DNA from: Azolla caroliniana
Lineage: Eukaryota > Plantae > Polypodiophyta
Direction of reading: 5' to 3'
Length of the DNA stretch: 64,000 nt
Assembly: GCA_043228905.1 (NCBI GenBank)
Contig: JBHGNT010000010.1
Span: forward strand, 19,592,001-19,656,000
In this document: positions 44,226 through 58,437 of the stretch, one piece after another
Layout of the letters: every line of letters begins with the position of its first letter
Numbering within the stretch: the stretch's first letter is position 1
Program-made: the position numbers and the translations under genes
The notes under the pieces: generated by a model
What the model saw: the letters and a program-made list of their open reading frames with translations, nothing else
Databases searched by the model: none
What the model was told of the DNA's origin: nothing

Positions 44226-45299
44226 TTGGATGGTTTAATCAAAATGCATTTGTGTGAGCAATCAATCGAACAATGCATTCTGTACCATTGCAAATTGAGT
44301 GGCTTGTTTTTATTGTCGATCGTCTCGAAAATAAGCAATGGCAGAAGCTCACGATGGCTTCTTTGTTTGACTAGACATCTCTAAATAAGCATATTATTGT
44401 TTTCGCCAGTGTTTTTTTTTTTATGCATCTATCTATCCATCAAACACTTATGGGGTGTCCATTTTTTATGTCCCTTGATAATTATGCGGCAATAGCTGCA
44501 AGTAATGTTATTCTTTTTGAGGAAGTTATTTATGTGGCCTATTCGCATTAGCTGGCCATGTTATTTTTGGAACAAGGATACTGATTACAAATGAAGAAAG
44601 AAAGGATCATAATTTAACTCATAGACTTAGGTTAGGGGGTCCTTGACAGATAGGGGTGACAATAACATGTCAACCGAAAGAGAAACTGGGAGTCAAGGGC
44701 AATGGTTACATTATCATCATCGGATTTGACTTTGATAGGATCGAATACTTGATGTGTATATTGCCCTAATATAAAGCTCTCGAAACATATGTCACTTATT
44801 GGAATAGGGGACCATTCCTCGTTCCCTGACTGTTGATATTGCTTTAAATAAATGCTCAATATATGCTTTTTCAGACAATGTGAGTAAGAAATTATACATT
44901 ATTATTTTTATTCTGAACTGTACAAGGTTTGGCTAATTCCAGCCCAAGTCAGGTTTGTATATTGATTCTTGTTGTTTTAAAATAATATATTGATGAGAGG
45001 AATGCAAATGTTTTAAAAAAAGTGGACGAACGTAGTAATGATTCTAATGCTAATAATGCCATTTAATTCATTTAGTTATGCTTTATATTATGGATGGAAA
45101 ACCTTGAGATGGGGTGAAAACCCATGAAAGAAATGCTAATATAAAACGTGTGTGCAATTCCATTTAATCCAAGCATTTACCTATCATTAGCATGTAATTG
45201 CAGTTCATGTGAAGTCAACGTTTTGGACCTGAAGATTGAGACAAAAAAACTACACAAATCAAGCTTTTCTAAGCAAGTGGGACTCGAGAGTCATTTTGG

Positions 45300-45528
45300 T
45301 AGATAAAAGAGTTCTTAATCTTATCTAATGCTTGCCAACTCACACACATGTTATGATACAGGACCTTATTTGGGCTCCCCTCCATTTATAATCTTCGATT
45401 TGGAAGTGACCCTCTTGTTTCCCTAGGCAGTATCCTTGAATAATATTGGTCATCTGTCTGTCTGTCTCTCTATATATATAATGCATTGAGTTGGCAAGCA
45501 TTAGATAAAATTAAGACTATTTTATCTA
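45300..45528. mobile_element. Small foldback/MITE-like element with ~43-bp inverted repeats
   Basis: TAGATAAAAGAGTTCTTAATCTTATCTAATGCTTGCCAACTCA (45300-45342) pairs with its reverse complement at 45487-45528. No clear TSD. Confidence 0.65.
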
Positions 45529-45550
45529 TCTAACTATACATATGTACACA

Positions 45551-45582
<32 letters not shown>

Positions 45583-47205
45583 TGCATATACATATGTACC
45601 TACAAACATTCATCCATATATACACAATCACATCCTTCATACATCCATTCATGCATATATATACATATATATTAGGCCATATATATATGCATACATACAC
45701 ATACCTGAAAATTTGTCTTTTTGGGCATGCACACCAAAATTATATTAGAGAGTCATCTTCAATGTTGGACAATATTGTCCAATAATTAAATATCTCAAAC
45801 AAGATAGTGAGACTCAAAATGTCGAACCACAATATGCAATAAAGGTGGGGATCTGGTGACTAACAAGCTCGAAAGTAAATGGTGATCAAATAAATAAAGA
45901 CAGAGAATTCTTGTACATGGCTTCACATGCAATTGCTCAATTTTTCGCACCTCATATCACATCTTTCATCAGTTTTTGTTCTCTTCAATTGGGTGAGTTC
46001 TTGTTTTCTTAGCTCTTATTCATGGAAAGTCTACGACTTCAAGGGTAGAACACATGAACATATCATCCTCACATTCTAGAAGACGTTGATAGTGTGACAA
46101 TTGTTCCACAAAAGGAGGAATATTATTCTACAATATGTTTGTTTGAGTGAAGAATTGGGGAGCTCCAAAAGGCTTAAGGGTGTTAAGGAAATCATTCGGG
46201 AGAAACTAATACATGTTAAGGCAATACACATAGATGAGGGTCACAAGGATGATCCTAATTGGGATAATTTATGGGAGAATATTGCCAATACCTTGTTGTA
46301 TGATTTTATAGAGGAGAATGAGAATGAAGCAAAATAATGCATTGATGAGGATGTGCATGATGTCGAAGTTGTTGCTAAGGTAGTTTTGGGAAACACGAGA
46401 TATAACTTTATGAACATTAACATCATTGATTGTAATAATAGGCTAACTAATGTTTAATGACGACAAGGTTTGCTTCTACAATTCTCATAAGTTCTCTCTA
46501 GGTGTAGTGCATCATTAATACATGCACCATTCGATGAAGAGCTTATTAGAAGTTATTGTTTCTCAATTCCAATCTCAAAGCTATCATTATGCTAAGATGC
46601 GACAACATAAGGATTGTCTATAGATAATCCATGTCTATCCCATTTGTTGTTTCAAGCCCTACATCATGACTATGCTTGATCTAATGTGCTACATGTGAAG
46701 TAGGGGACAAATTTCTATTTGATCTAATTACTTGCAATATGTATTCTTTACTTTAAGGATTCTCTTAGGCCCCATAATGAGATGATTAGAGTGCACTATG
46801 AATTTTATGATGTGGTTGGATGTATTGTGCATGACCCCCTTACTCATGAATTGAACACAAAGTTCGCAAAGGATGAGGTGGTGGACATGGTTTTAATGCT
46901 TCTTAACACTTATATGTAGTACGAGCCATGGTTAGGGTGGTCTAACAAATCAAGTTTCAAGCAATATTTCAACATTTTAAATGGGCAAGTGTTGTTGGGA
47001 TTCTAGTTATATGTCTCAATCTTGGAAGGTTGGTCTCATTACATCGATCCAAAGATGACATCACCTAAGTCATTTCATCAATGACAACCTATTTCTTTGA
47101 GTGGGCACAAAATCTTGACAAATAGATTCCGAAAATATTTGCCAAACCCAACCCAATACTTTCTTAATTGAGGTTCTAATACAAACATTAGATTTACATG
47201 CTCGC

Positions 47206-47276
<71 letters not shown>

Positions 47277-47837
47277 ATGTCTTCTAAGGCCAAAATTGGC
47301 CCATGAGACAAATGGTTTACAACAAAAAATGGGATATTTACCCATTCATCGAAAGTAAAAAATAAAAATAAAAATAAAAATAAGATAAAAATAGAGTTTT
47401 AAGCTAAATAGTTCTAGTAAATTAACAAACATGTTCTATATAAAAAACATGTTCTACAATGAAAATGATGTTATACTAGACCTAATTTCATTTCCATCCA
47501 AGTCTCTCGAAGAGAAGCATGGGGTCAAAGGGTTTCGATGTGGATGTGGCCTGTGGTCCCAATGTAAAAGGTACCCCAACCATAGCTTCTAGAGTCGACG
47601 TAGCTCGCGTTCCCTTATCTTCTTAATCTTTTCTACTTTGTGTTGACTTGTTTTGAAGCCCAACATCTGAGGGCGTTTGGTTGTTCTTTGCATTTTTGCT
47701 TCCTCAAGAGAGAGGCCAAGCGGCGTAAGTGTATCCACATTCATCGTCTCCCCTTGTTCTTGAAAAATTACACTAGTTACATGTTGATGAATAGTAAAAG
47801 GGTTATGGTTAACACTTTGTAATTTATTCTCCCTATG

Positions 47838-49330
47838 TTATTTTAGCTCTAAGATATACCTACCTAGTCTCTTTACATCCGGGGTATCTAATAGTTTGGA
47901 GACGGTGGGAGAGGGTCCTAATATGTCTTGGTATTCCGCCCGTATCTCGACATAAGTTGGGCACTTGCATGTGACGTGATACTCATCCTCTATCTCTGTT
48001 GCATAACCTACATAGCCTTTCCTCTCTAGGGACTCTATTAGCCTGACCATTCTCAATCTCAAGTTGGTGAGATGATATCCTAAGTTGTCCAATGGCCACC
48101 CTTAGTGCATTTGATAAGAATGTATCTAGATATCTTGGTCGTGTAATAAAACCTAACTTAGAGAAGAGCAAGAAAAATTCCTTATAATACAACATTTTAG
48201 AAGGGAGTGGCTCTCGTGGGGTGATCCATTTATATCGAGTGTAAATTTGCCATATTTCTTGGCGTATCACTTTATTACGGTCTTCATGAGAGATTAGAGT
48301 TTGATCAGTCCCATGGTTGTACTTAAGGGGAGGTAGGTTATTCATGTCTATGCCGTTTGCAAGTAACCAACTCATCACAATGCTATACCAAGAGCTAGTG
48401 TTTCCATACGCATGTAGGGATCGGGATGCCTCAAAGGCTCAACGGTATATCGTATCTTGTGGTTGGCTATGTATCCGATGAATAAAAACTACCACTTGAA
48501 AAAGCGTTTCTACTAACATTGGGGGCAGACTGAACTCTGCTCTAATAATGTCATGTGGTATTGTCGATTTGCTTCTGAGTTGAGGTGATAACATCATCAC
48601 CAAAGGTCTCCCTAATTGCGTCCACATGAAAGATGGTAGACCTAAAGCCCATACTACTGATGCATACATGAGGGAAGGGGTCACTAATGAGTCGAAGATC
48701 CATCCCTTAGTCCGTGGCTCTTGAAAGTATGCCTGGTGGCATTGTCTCTCTAAGAGTGAGAGGGATGCATAACCTCTCGTTAGCTTATCTTTGGCTGCTT
48801 GGGTCATCGAGAATTTACCTGAGCGAGCACTAAAAGTGACTCCCAAGTATACATATGATCCAACTACCTCAACTAGGTAATGAGAGAGGCTTAGGTGACA
48901 TTTACTCCTAACTCGGGACGATGTATGAAAGATAAGGACTTTAGTTTTCACTAGATTCACTACCAGTCCTCGTTTTGTACAAAAGTCATCTAGGGCATTA
49001 AGATGCTTTTGTAGGTCGTGTTCCGACTTCGAGAGCAAGACAATGTCGTCTGCATAGAGTAAGAGACTAACTTGCGTATCCCCAATGGCTATTCCCTTGC
49101 CTCCCTTACAAGCAATTAAATCCGTGATCTCATTAATGTAGATCCCAAAAAGAGTCGGTGATAGGGGGCAATCATGTTTTACACCAATGGTGCTAGTGAA
49201 ACAATCGGATAGGCCACTTGGGCATCTTACGCACCCAGAGACTTGCTCATATAGGGCATAAATGGCCCAGACCATGTCATTTGGTATCTCCAAGCTCTTA
49301 AGTCTATCAAACAACCTCTCCCTAAGAATT
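47838..49330 (-). mobile_element. 5'-truncated, decayed non-L1 LINE (RTEX/CR1-group-like RT plus C-terminal CCHC finger)
   Basis: GVKHDCPLSPTLF, LLYADDIVL, GLVVNLVKTKV, YVYLGV, then LRISSHQLEIENG..PREERLCRLC..IEDEYHVTCKCP. One stop and one frameshift. Confidence 0.85.
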
Positions 49331-49379
49331 GAGAGAGAGAGAGAGAGAGAGTGTGTGTGTGTGTGTGTGAATGTAGTGT

Positions 49380-49869
49380 TTCTTTTGCACTGTTCCATTG
49401 GAGGATAGTACACATAGGTTCATTAAATGTCCTATAACGTATACCATTTGGAAGTACTTATCGGACATTTGGCAAGTTTTAACCCGTTGTTGTTTGAGAC
49501 CTCAACAATGGGTTTTTTCTCAATATGTTCAAAATGGTTCAAATGATAAGATGGAGATATTGTTCCAATTTTTACGTTATTGGGGTCTACAACACAATTG
49601 GAATATGCGTAATGCATTCATGTTTGATAATAGACATGGGGTGAAAGCCTATATAAAGAAGCTTAAAGGTATTCTCATGTGGAATTTTTGGATGTGAGAG
49701 CATGTGGGGATCATTTCCTCAAATGCATATTTAGGTTTTTTAATAGCATTACAGAACATCCCTCTCCCTACATAGGCATATGATAGGTAGAGGAGACTAA
49801 GAAGTGTTTTAACTAAGTGGATTTTACATGCAATTAATATAATTGTGTGCTTTTACCAAAAAAGAGAGA
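49380..49869 (+). mobile_element. Short 5'-truncated L1 fragment (zf-RVT C-terminus and 3' UTR)
   Basis: EDSTHRFIKCP..IWKY..WNMRNAFMF. Flanked by the 11-bp direct repeat GAATGTAGTGT at 49369-49379 and 49870-49880, with a short A tail. Confidence 0.7.
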
Positions 49870-50663
49870 GAATGTAGTGTCATGAGAAAGAGTGTTTATG
49901 TGATGTATATAACATTTAGGGCACTTATATGAGAGATGCAAATAATAATACTATTGTATTTGGAGATTGTGTGTAAGCTAGAGGACTTCCACCAATTGAC
50001 ACCTTGTTGCATTGTTGTTGGCTTGGGGAAAGTCTTTATTGCTCATTTTGTAAGTATATATGTATTTTGATAAATCGTTAATGTTATAACAAAATTGGTC
50101 TCGCATATTACAATTCAAAAAACAATGTCAGTCATTGTATTACTATTAAGCATAGGAAAGAGACGATTTGAAAGTTAAAACACCCACATAGGTGAGATAG
50201 GTGTCGCATAGCTTAGGTGTCACACATAAGCCGTAGTTGACAGTAGTTGACATGTCTGACACCATTGGTAACACCTTTGCTCAAAAATGACAAAAACAAG
50301 GGTGTAAACTACTAATGACCCCCTTACAATTAGGTTACTAAGTTTGGTTGAGGCCTAAAACTAAGGATATTCATTCCAAAATGAAACCATGGGTAGGTCA
50401 AGCACCTCTAAAATTTAGGAGGCCTAGACCATAGATGTTCATTCCAGAACCAAAATGGTAATTTAAAGGACCACGTCAAAACAGTGGATGGATTGGACCA
50501 ACAAAAAAAAAAGATCTATGGTCAGCATTGAGCTAATTGGGCTACTTCAAAAATTTATGGCTTCGTGGTGATGCTATGGTATGCTCTTAACCATCAGGCA
50601 AACATCTAGAGAGACTGCAAGCAAAGTGTCATAAACTCACATATAAGTAACTAGAATAATATC

Positions 50664-52372
50664 ATGATGTGTAACAAGAACTCAATCAATAGTGATAATG
50701 ATTCAAGTTCTCTTAATAATACTAAATTCATAAGGATTCTCTTCATGATCTCGACCATAATGTTATCGGTGCGCGACCCGATGGGGGTGAGGAATGCAGA
50801 TAACATTAACACCAATGCGTCCGCACTTTTGGACTTCCTCTCCAATATCCCATTCTATGACAAAACAAATCTGGGTTCATGGAATGGCTTGGCCACAACG
50901 CATAATGCTAGTGTGGTGTGTGATTGGTTCGGAGTGACTTGCACCAATAATCGAGTGATCGAGTTACGGATCCCGGGGGCGCGCCTCAATGGGCCCATGC
51001 CGAATTCTACTCTTGGAAGATTGACGGAATTGCGGGTGCTTAGCCTCCAGTCCAACAACCTCTCCGGAAACCTCCCTTCCGACCTCGCAAATTGCCGGAG
51101 CCTCGCCACACTTAACCTCAGCTCCAACTCATTCTCCGGAAGCTTCCTCCCCGATCTGCCTTCATCGGCATGGCCTTCATTGGTTACATTAGATCTTTCT
51201 TTCAACCGTTTCGCCGGGCCCCTCCCACCGTCCATGTCCAACCTCACATCTCTCGTCATACTCCACCTCCAGAGCAACAACTTCTCGGGTTCGATCCCCG
51301 TGATCCCGCGGCCTCCTCTCAAAGCTCTGGACCTTTCGGACAATGACCTCGAGGGGAGCATCCCGTCGTCCTACGCGGATCTCCCAGCCGAAAGCTTTAT
51401 CGGGAACGTGAAGCTCTGCGGCCCCCGCTCCCATTGCAATGCCAAAAAAAGACTCTTAGCGTGGGCTCGATCGCCGGGATAGTGTTAGCAATTGTCGCAT
51501 TCTTGTTCTCGTCCACACTATGCATTATCTTGGTGTATGTGCACCACACGAGATTTGTCCGGGCAAAAGAAACTAGGGGTAGTACTTGTCCACAGATTGA
51601 TGGGGATGCGGGATTGGTGGTACCAAAGGAGGCTGCCGGTTCGGGTGGAGTGACCCCGCCGAGTCTTTGGCCAGGTGGAGATGCGAACGTGCCCAAGGAG
51701 CTAGTGTTCTTCGAGCGGAGCCCGACGAGGCTACGAAATTCAAGTTGGATGAACTTTTGAGGGCATCGGCTAGAATTCTAGGGAAAGGTAGCTTCAGCAC
51801 CATGTACAAGTGCACCTTGGAGGATGGACTTGTGGTTGTCGTTAACTGACTCAAGGGGCCAGTTAGTAATGAGCATGAGGAGTCGGTATCCAAGATCAAG
51901 GCTCTCGGTGCCCTTCAACATCGTCACTTGGTCCCGTTAATCGCCTATTTCTTCATCAAGAGTGGCAATGAACAACTCGTCGTGATGAACTACATTCCCA
52001 GTGACAATTTGTCCACATTGCTCAAAGGTAAGGCTACGTGCCCTCTTTGTCTTTGTCTTCTTTGGCATTGCTTTGTCTTTGTCTTTGGACATGTGTGTTT
52101 GTCTCTCTCTTTAATAAACCACATGATTGAATTCACTGTATATAAAAACCAATGGATGACGATGCAATATGTAGTGAACCCGTCCAATTCCCCACTACCT
52201 ATGTTGTCATGTCACCTTATGCCTAATGCAAATGGTGGCCATGGTTTTGTATACTCTTACAAACATCTAGTTTACTTGGGTCAGGCCTTTTGAAAGTGTC
52301 TATCAAGGGGAACCACCATGCCAATATGCCTTTTAAGCAAAGTATGTGTCATTGAGTTTCATACACCACTCA

Positions 52373-52419
<47 letters not shown>

Positions 52420-53779
52420 AGCTTGGTGGTTTACACCGTAGCATCAAAAAATCAACAGTAACCCTCACTTTTACTTTTATCTCCTCAACTACCCTTGAGT
52501 TTTCGTTACTCTCCAAGGATACTCTTTAGAAAACATTAAATGAGAGAAAAGGGGTTGAATTAACTATTAACAATATCTCCCAAATTTGCTCCTAAGCAAA
52601 ATCCAGAAGAAACGAAAGGGGATGAATTGCTCAAATAGCACATAACGATAGCTCTTGAGGGAGTTTACAAAGGGTCTATAGGGAAAAAATAACAAAAATT
52701 TAGGGGAACCACCAAAACAATTAAAAACTTGTGAGAATTTTTAGAGTGTTTCCATATACAATGACAATGAAGAATGTAGACAAGGATATTCTCAAGAGGA
52801 ATGTGGACACAACTAATATTTATAGCAAATTAATGAATGATTGTAATGCATGAACTTGGAAGATTATCAACACAAAATTTACAAGATTTCATGCGAGCCA
52901 ATGAACCTATGATCACATATCATCCCATATTTCATTTGTCATGAACCTATTAGCAAAATATAGAAATCTTGGGAATTACAAAACATGAAATACATTAGGA
53001 AAAATTGTCATTTGGTCTTTTGCTTTTCACACACACATAAACATACATTTTTTGTTGCATGACCTTGTAATGAATATTGATGTATCATTTGCGTTAAAGC
53101 ATTAGATACCCTATTGTATGTCCATATATTAGGAAATCATCTAGAATAGCATATTCATGAGTGCATTATGAATATTTCAATTTCTTATAGAAACTCAATG
53201 TGGCTTGATACAATAGTATTTTATCTATAATTAGAACATTAGGCTTAAGTTTAAAAATCGAAATTGTCAAAGCTATATTAAGATCATTAATATAAAACAT
53301 AACACTTAAGAGTGACACTCATGTTTGTGTATATGATTTTTTATGAGTCAAAAGGAATATTTACTATAAAGTAAATCAAAGATGCCTAATGTCTTGCTTC
53401 TTTGAGAACTATACAATAAGACAACTCATTTGTCAAACTTTTATAGGACCTTAAGCATATTGGACTAATTCGCAAACCTTGTTGATATTAGAGTAATCAT
53501 ACATATGACATATATAGTACAAATTTGTAAACATGTATTAGTTTTTTATTTGGTTGCATATGAAAACATGAGAGAGAGAGAGAGAGATTGTGAGTGATTG
53601 ACTGTGTGTTGATTGTATATGGATGTCCACAAGGGGCCAACATGTCATCGTGGAACCAACAATCCTTAAAACACTTTCTCTGGTCATGTAAATTGGTGAC
53701 TTTAACATGGTAGAATAGGAAGAAATAACTACCAAAAGCTCAAATAAAAAAATAGACTTTTTGTCACAATTTGTTTGTG

Positions 53780-53825
<46 letters not shown>

Positions 53826-55045
53826 AAAAGAAGCCCAATGGATGTAGTTGAGTTGGTAAGGTTGCTCAATGGAGACCAAGAGGTACAATCTATAGTGGGA
53901 TTTAGTGAATTAAGAGGATATCTACGGAGTAATAAAATAAAGAGGTAAGAAATTTGGGCTTTGCTAGTGTAATTAGTGCAACAACCTACCACTAGGGTAA
54001 GGTAATTATGAGAAAAAAGAGACAGGAAGAAGCCCAATGGGTTCAACCAAATGGCCATGGGTTCAACTCCTACATTCCACATAAACAACCAGAGGGCACA
54101 CTTTTATTTTTGAATATATGATGCACTAACTCATTCGTTACTAAATCAAACATCACTTATGTTCACTTTGGATCCAAATCCCACTTGCATGTAACATTGT
54201 TATGGAAGAAAATCTTTAAATGTTGTTCTATCCCTCTATAAATTGACCAATTAATTGTTATAACATATAATGTTTATTGAGAAGTCAAATCTTGATTGTT
54301 AACTTCTTGTAAAAATTATAGCACTCAAAATGCATGTTTTCTTGAAATTTATCAATAATATAAAAATGTAAATATAACTTAATGTTGGCGTGATTATTGC
54401 TTAGGGAAGAAGCTCATTGAATGGAAGGAGCGGTTGAATGTAGCTATTGCAATAGCAGAGGCACTCACATATTTGCATGAGCGCAATGTGGTGCATGGAA
54501 GTATGAGCTCATCAAATGTACTAATTGATGAACATGGAGATGTAGATGTGGTAGATTACGGTCTAATGCATATTGCAACGTTATTACACTTGGCAAAGTC
54601 GAACAGTGTGCCATATCTAGCACCAGAGTTGGTTACGAACAATTTTTCAGATTTCGGATTCAAGTACCCAAAAGTTGTTAATCTCTCTGCAAATGTCTAT
54701 AGCTTTGGAATTCTCCTCTTAGAGCTCATTACGAGGAAACCTCCCCCAAAAATGATGACATTGTCTGTTACCGATAAAGTTGTCGATTTTAAGGATGATA
54801 GCAACAATAATAGGCATGCCCTCTTATTGCAAAGTTCTGAGGAGTCCTGTTGTGAGGAGCAATGGATTGCAAAGGTTTTTTATTCAAAGGCCATGGAATC
54901 TAGACACATCAAAGAAGAGATGGCTAAAGACCTCTTCCAAGTTGCGTTAACTTGTGTAGTTAACAATGCCCATGCACGCCCCAAAATGATTGATGTAGTC
55001 TCCCAAATCAATGCCATAAATACTAAGCGTACAATCCCTCAATAA
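50664..55045 (+). pseudogene. LRR receptor-like kinase (LRR-III-like atypical kinase), disrupted; exons ~50664-52027 and 54405-55045
   Basis: LRRNT CDWFGVTC, about 5 LRRs (LSLQSNNLSGNLP), GNVKLCG, transmembrane segment, [54 protein letters not shown]. Frameshifts near 51445 and 51730, and TGA at 51847. Confidence 0.9.
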
Positions 55046-55191
55046 CCTTGTCTTCCAAGTTATGATTCCCCATGTATTTTTTCCTTTCCTTCATCTTTGC
55101 AAAATTTATTTATGACATTAATCTTTATCTATATTATATAGACAATGAGAATAAATATTTGATCTTGTTGATATGAAGGTTGGGTTCACAC

Positions 55192-55680
55192 TAACAATCG
55201 GTAACGGTTCGGTTCAGTTTGAGAGGGTCAAAACCGAACCATTTAAAAATTTTGAAACCTGAATCGAACCGAACCGAACCACGAAACCGTTAAACCAAAC
55301 TGTTATTTTTTTTCAAACCGTTAAAACCGCGGTTTTGTGGTTCGGTTTCGGTTTTAAACTTAGGTCAAATTTTTAATTTTTAAATTTAAAATATTTCATT
55401 TTTTAAAATTTAAACATGTTCTTAAAATGTGAGAATAAGTTCTAAAAATGAAAAGATTGTTTAAAAATAATTTTTAATTTTTTTAAAAAACAATTTAAAA
55501 TTTAAAAATTAATTAAAAATTAATTAAAAATTAAAAACCGTTAAACCGTAGTTTCTAATAGTTGAAACCGAACCGAACCGTTAAAAAAAACATGAACTTG
55601 AACCGAACCGAACCGTTTAAACCGTTAAGTCGCAATTTCGCGGTTCGGTTCGGTTCAAACCGAACCGGTGCCGATTGTTA
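55192..55680. mobile_element. hAT-family MITE (489 bp)
   Basis: TIRs TAACAATCGG.. and ..CCGATTGTTA. Perfect 8-bp TSD GTTCACAC. Subterminal AACCG arrays around an AT-rich core. Confidence 0.93.
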
Positions 55681-58211
55681 GTTCACACTCAATCCTAAAT
55701 CCACTATATTGCACGCTTTGGGGGGGATGAAATCATGATAATAAATGTAAGAACAAGTTTTTGGTCATGCAAAAAATCTTTACCTTTTTATTTTGGTGTC
55801 TTTGCACATTGACAATATGCTCCTAAACACTTGCTTCACTATCAATGGGGTCTATGAAAAGATAACGTATAGTCCAATAATGCGGTCAACAATGTGTCCT
55901 TACCATACTTGTTAACTACTAATAAGACTTTATACTTTGTCTCAAGAAATAAAACATGATGTGATAGTGTAGGAACAACAATAAATTGGAGTGAGTTGGT
56001 CGTGTGTACAAACAAGCATGAGGCTTAGCAAGAAGATACTAGTCATGAGGAGCATAGTGTCTTATCTGACCTCGTTCTAGTGGGACATATTCTTTTTCTA
56101 ACTTAATTTCCAAACAATTTATTACTAGTCATGAGGAGCATGTAGTGTCTTATTTGGTGTGTGTTCTTCAAAACATGTGGGTGTTCTCATGATGAACATT
56201 TCACAATGGATAGCTTGAGGCCTTGGAGGAGAGTGCATGGCCTTGTTTTAAAGCTCACGGATTGAGAGAGACTGTGTGATTGTTGTTGTCACTTGAGCAC
56301 AACTGACCTTGGGATTGAATAAGTGGTTTTGAAGAGCATGTGTGCTTGGTACAAATCAAATGATTTTGTTGAAAAGCCCCATGACCTCGATGTTAAGTAT
56401 GTAGTTTAGAGATGATGTGTATAATGGAGAATGCATGTTCTTGGAGTAGATTGTATGAACTTGGTACAAATAATAAATGCCATGGAGAGCCCTATGGTGG
56501 AGTCAATAGAGCATGATATGACCTAACAAGGCGAACATTAGGACAAGAAGTTAACCATTAACATTGATGAATCTCAACCAAGAGTACGTTCAGGATGAAG
56601 AGGAAATGTCAAGAACCAACTGCACAAGGAAATCATAAACCCCATGCAATCACCATTCAATCAGAAACTTGAACATCTTCTCTTACAACAACAATTACCA
56701 TTGCCCTTACGTCTTAACAGCAGAAGATTTCAAAGCAACACAACAACATAAGTGATTTCGCAACGCAAAGCTTCACAACAAATTTATTGATTGTTCCAAA
56801 CTTTGAAGGTTACTACTTAAAGAATTTAATAGGAACGAGAGAGGGAGTGACACAAATTCATCCCCCACAATGTGGACATGATGCCAAATTTGTGGCAATT
56901 CAACTTTCATAAGACCCCTCTCCTACTTACAAACATTTTTTAATATTACCTAATCATTGACGTAAAATTGCATGTGGCCAACAAATTAAATGAATAATAA
57001 GATTAAGGAATAGTCTTCATTAGCCGAGGTTGGTTCCTTGAAATTGGTGACCCACTTACAAAACCTCCCAATTTTCAATAATCATAGCACCTTCCAACTT
57101 TTTGAAAAAATTTGGCATCTTCTCCTTCTCGCACAATGCTCAAGGATTAAGGTACTTTCCTATTCCACAATAGTAGCAATGGGTTGACATAACATCTATT
57201 TGTATCCTTTACTACGATGTCACAAAATTATGCATGTGTGTGAAAAAGTTGAACAGGACCACGAGGGACCTGAACTAAGGAAGATGGATTTGTTGATGAA
57301 GGGTTTTGGGGATGATATTTTTTTTGTAGGGCTCTATCTTTTTATTTGGGGCACTGTTTGTGTTTGCAGAAAAATTGTCATTGTTTACTTATATATGCAT
57401 TATAGTTAAGTTCAGTGAATATGTTCACCGAATTATAGGGATGTGTATGTGATCCAAATGATCTTGTATGTGTTTAAGTGATTGTGATTCCCAACATCTA
57501 TATGTGTGCCTTTGTGAGTATGAGATCACACAAACACATTTGTAGATATATATATGTCTATGAAGTGAAATTGTGTGTGTGTGTGAATGTGTACGAAAAT
57601 ATGCCTTTGTGTTATGTTCATGATTGTGCTTGAACAATTGTGTGTATCTTTGTGTTACAATTTATATCGAGGGGGAATGGGGAACTTTAGGAAATAGGCT
57701 TTTAGATGTGTAATAGTTTTTGTCATAAATGAGGGGTATTTTTGGAATCTAGCCCCCCTCCCCAACCTTCGTCTTCCTTTTTTTTTAGTTTGTAAGTGGG
57801 GAAATTGGAAGTAAAAGTATAGGGGTGCAAGTGAGTGTGTAAAGGGAATAATTGGGGAAAGTGTGAAACCTAGGCTCAATATCGTTTATTTGCAAGCTTT
57901 GAGTAGTTGAGCATTGATATTCAAAGTCGAGCAACGATGGCTGCAACAATATTTATAACTATGTCGTAGATCAACCGGCATTGACCACTCTTCTCTACTT
58001 GGTTTTCGTGTTGCTCATTGGTAAGCATGAGGGACTCTCGTTGATTCTCTCCTTTGGGGCATTCATCCGTTCGTGTAATTCCAAGCGAAGGGAGACCTTA
58101 CCAGAATTCCACGAACCCCTTTCGTGGAATTCTAGGAAGTGTTGTGATTCTCAATGTCTTGGTCCTGACTCCTTAGGGCCATAGATTATCCCATGGGCAT
58201 TCCCCTTTGTG

Positions 58212-58437
58212 GAATATGATTGCACGAAAGTTTGGACTTCGTGGAGGCTTATTCCATGAAGGTTTTTCCCTTTCTTGATTCCATAAATGTGTTATTGGGA
58301 GAGAAACCTTATTGGAATCGTATTCCACATGAATCGGGGTAATTGATTACCTGATGTGTTTTCCCCTTCATAGAATATGATTGCACGAAGGTTTGGACCT
58401 TCAAGGAGGCTTGTTCCATGAAGTTTTTTCCTTTCTT
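58212..58437. repeat. ~65-bp direct repeat (period ~161), probably part of a decayed LTR
   Basis: GAATATGATTGCACGAA.GTTTGGAC..GGAGGCTT.TTCCATGAAG occurs twice. Confidence 0.6.
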
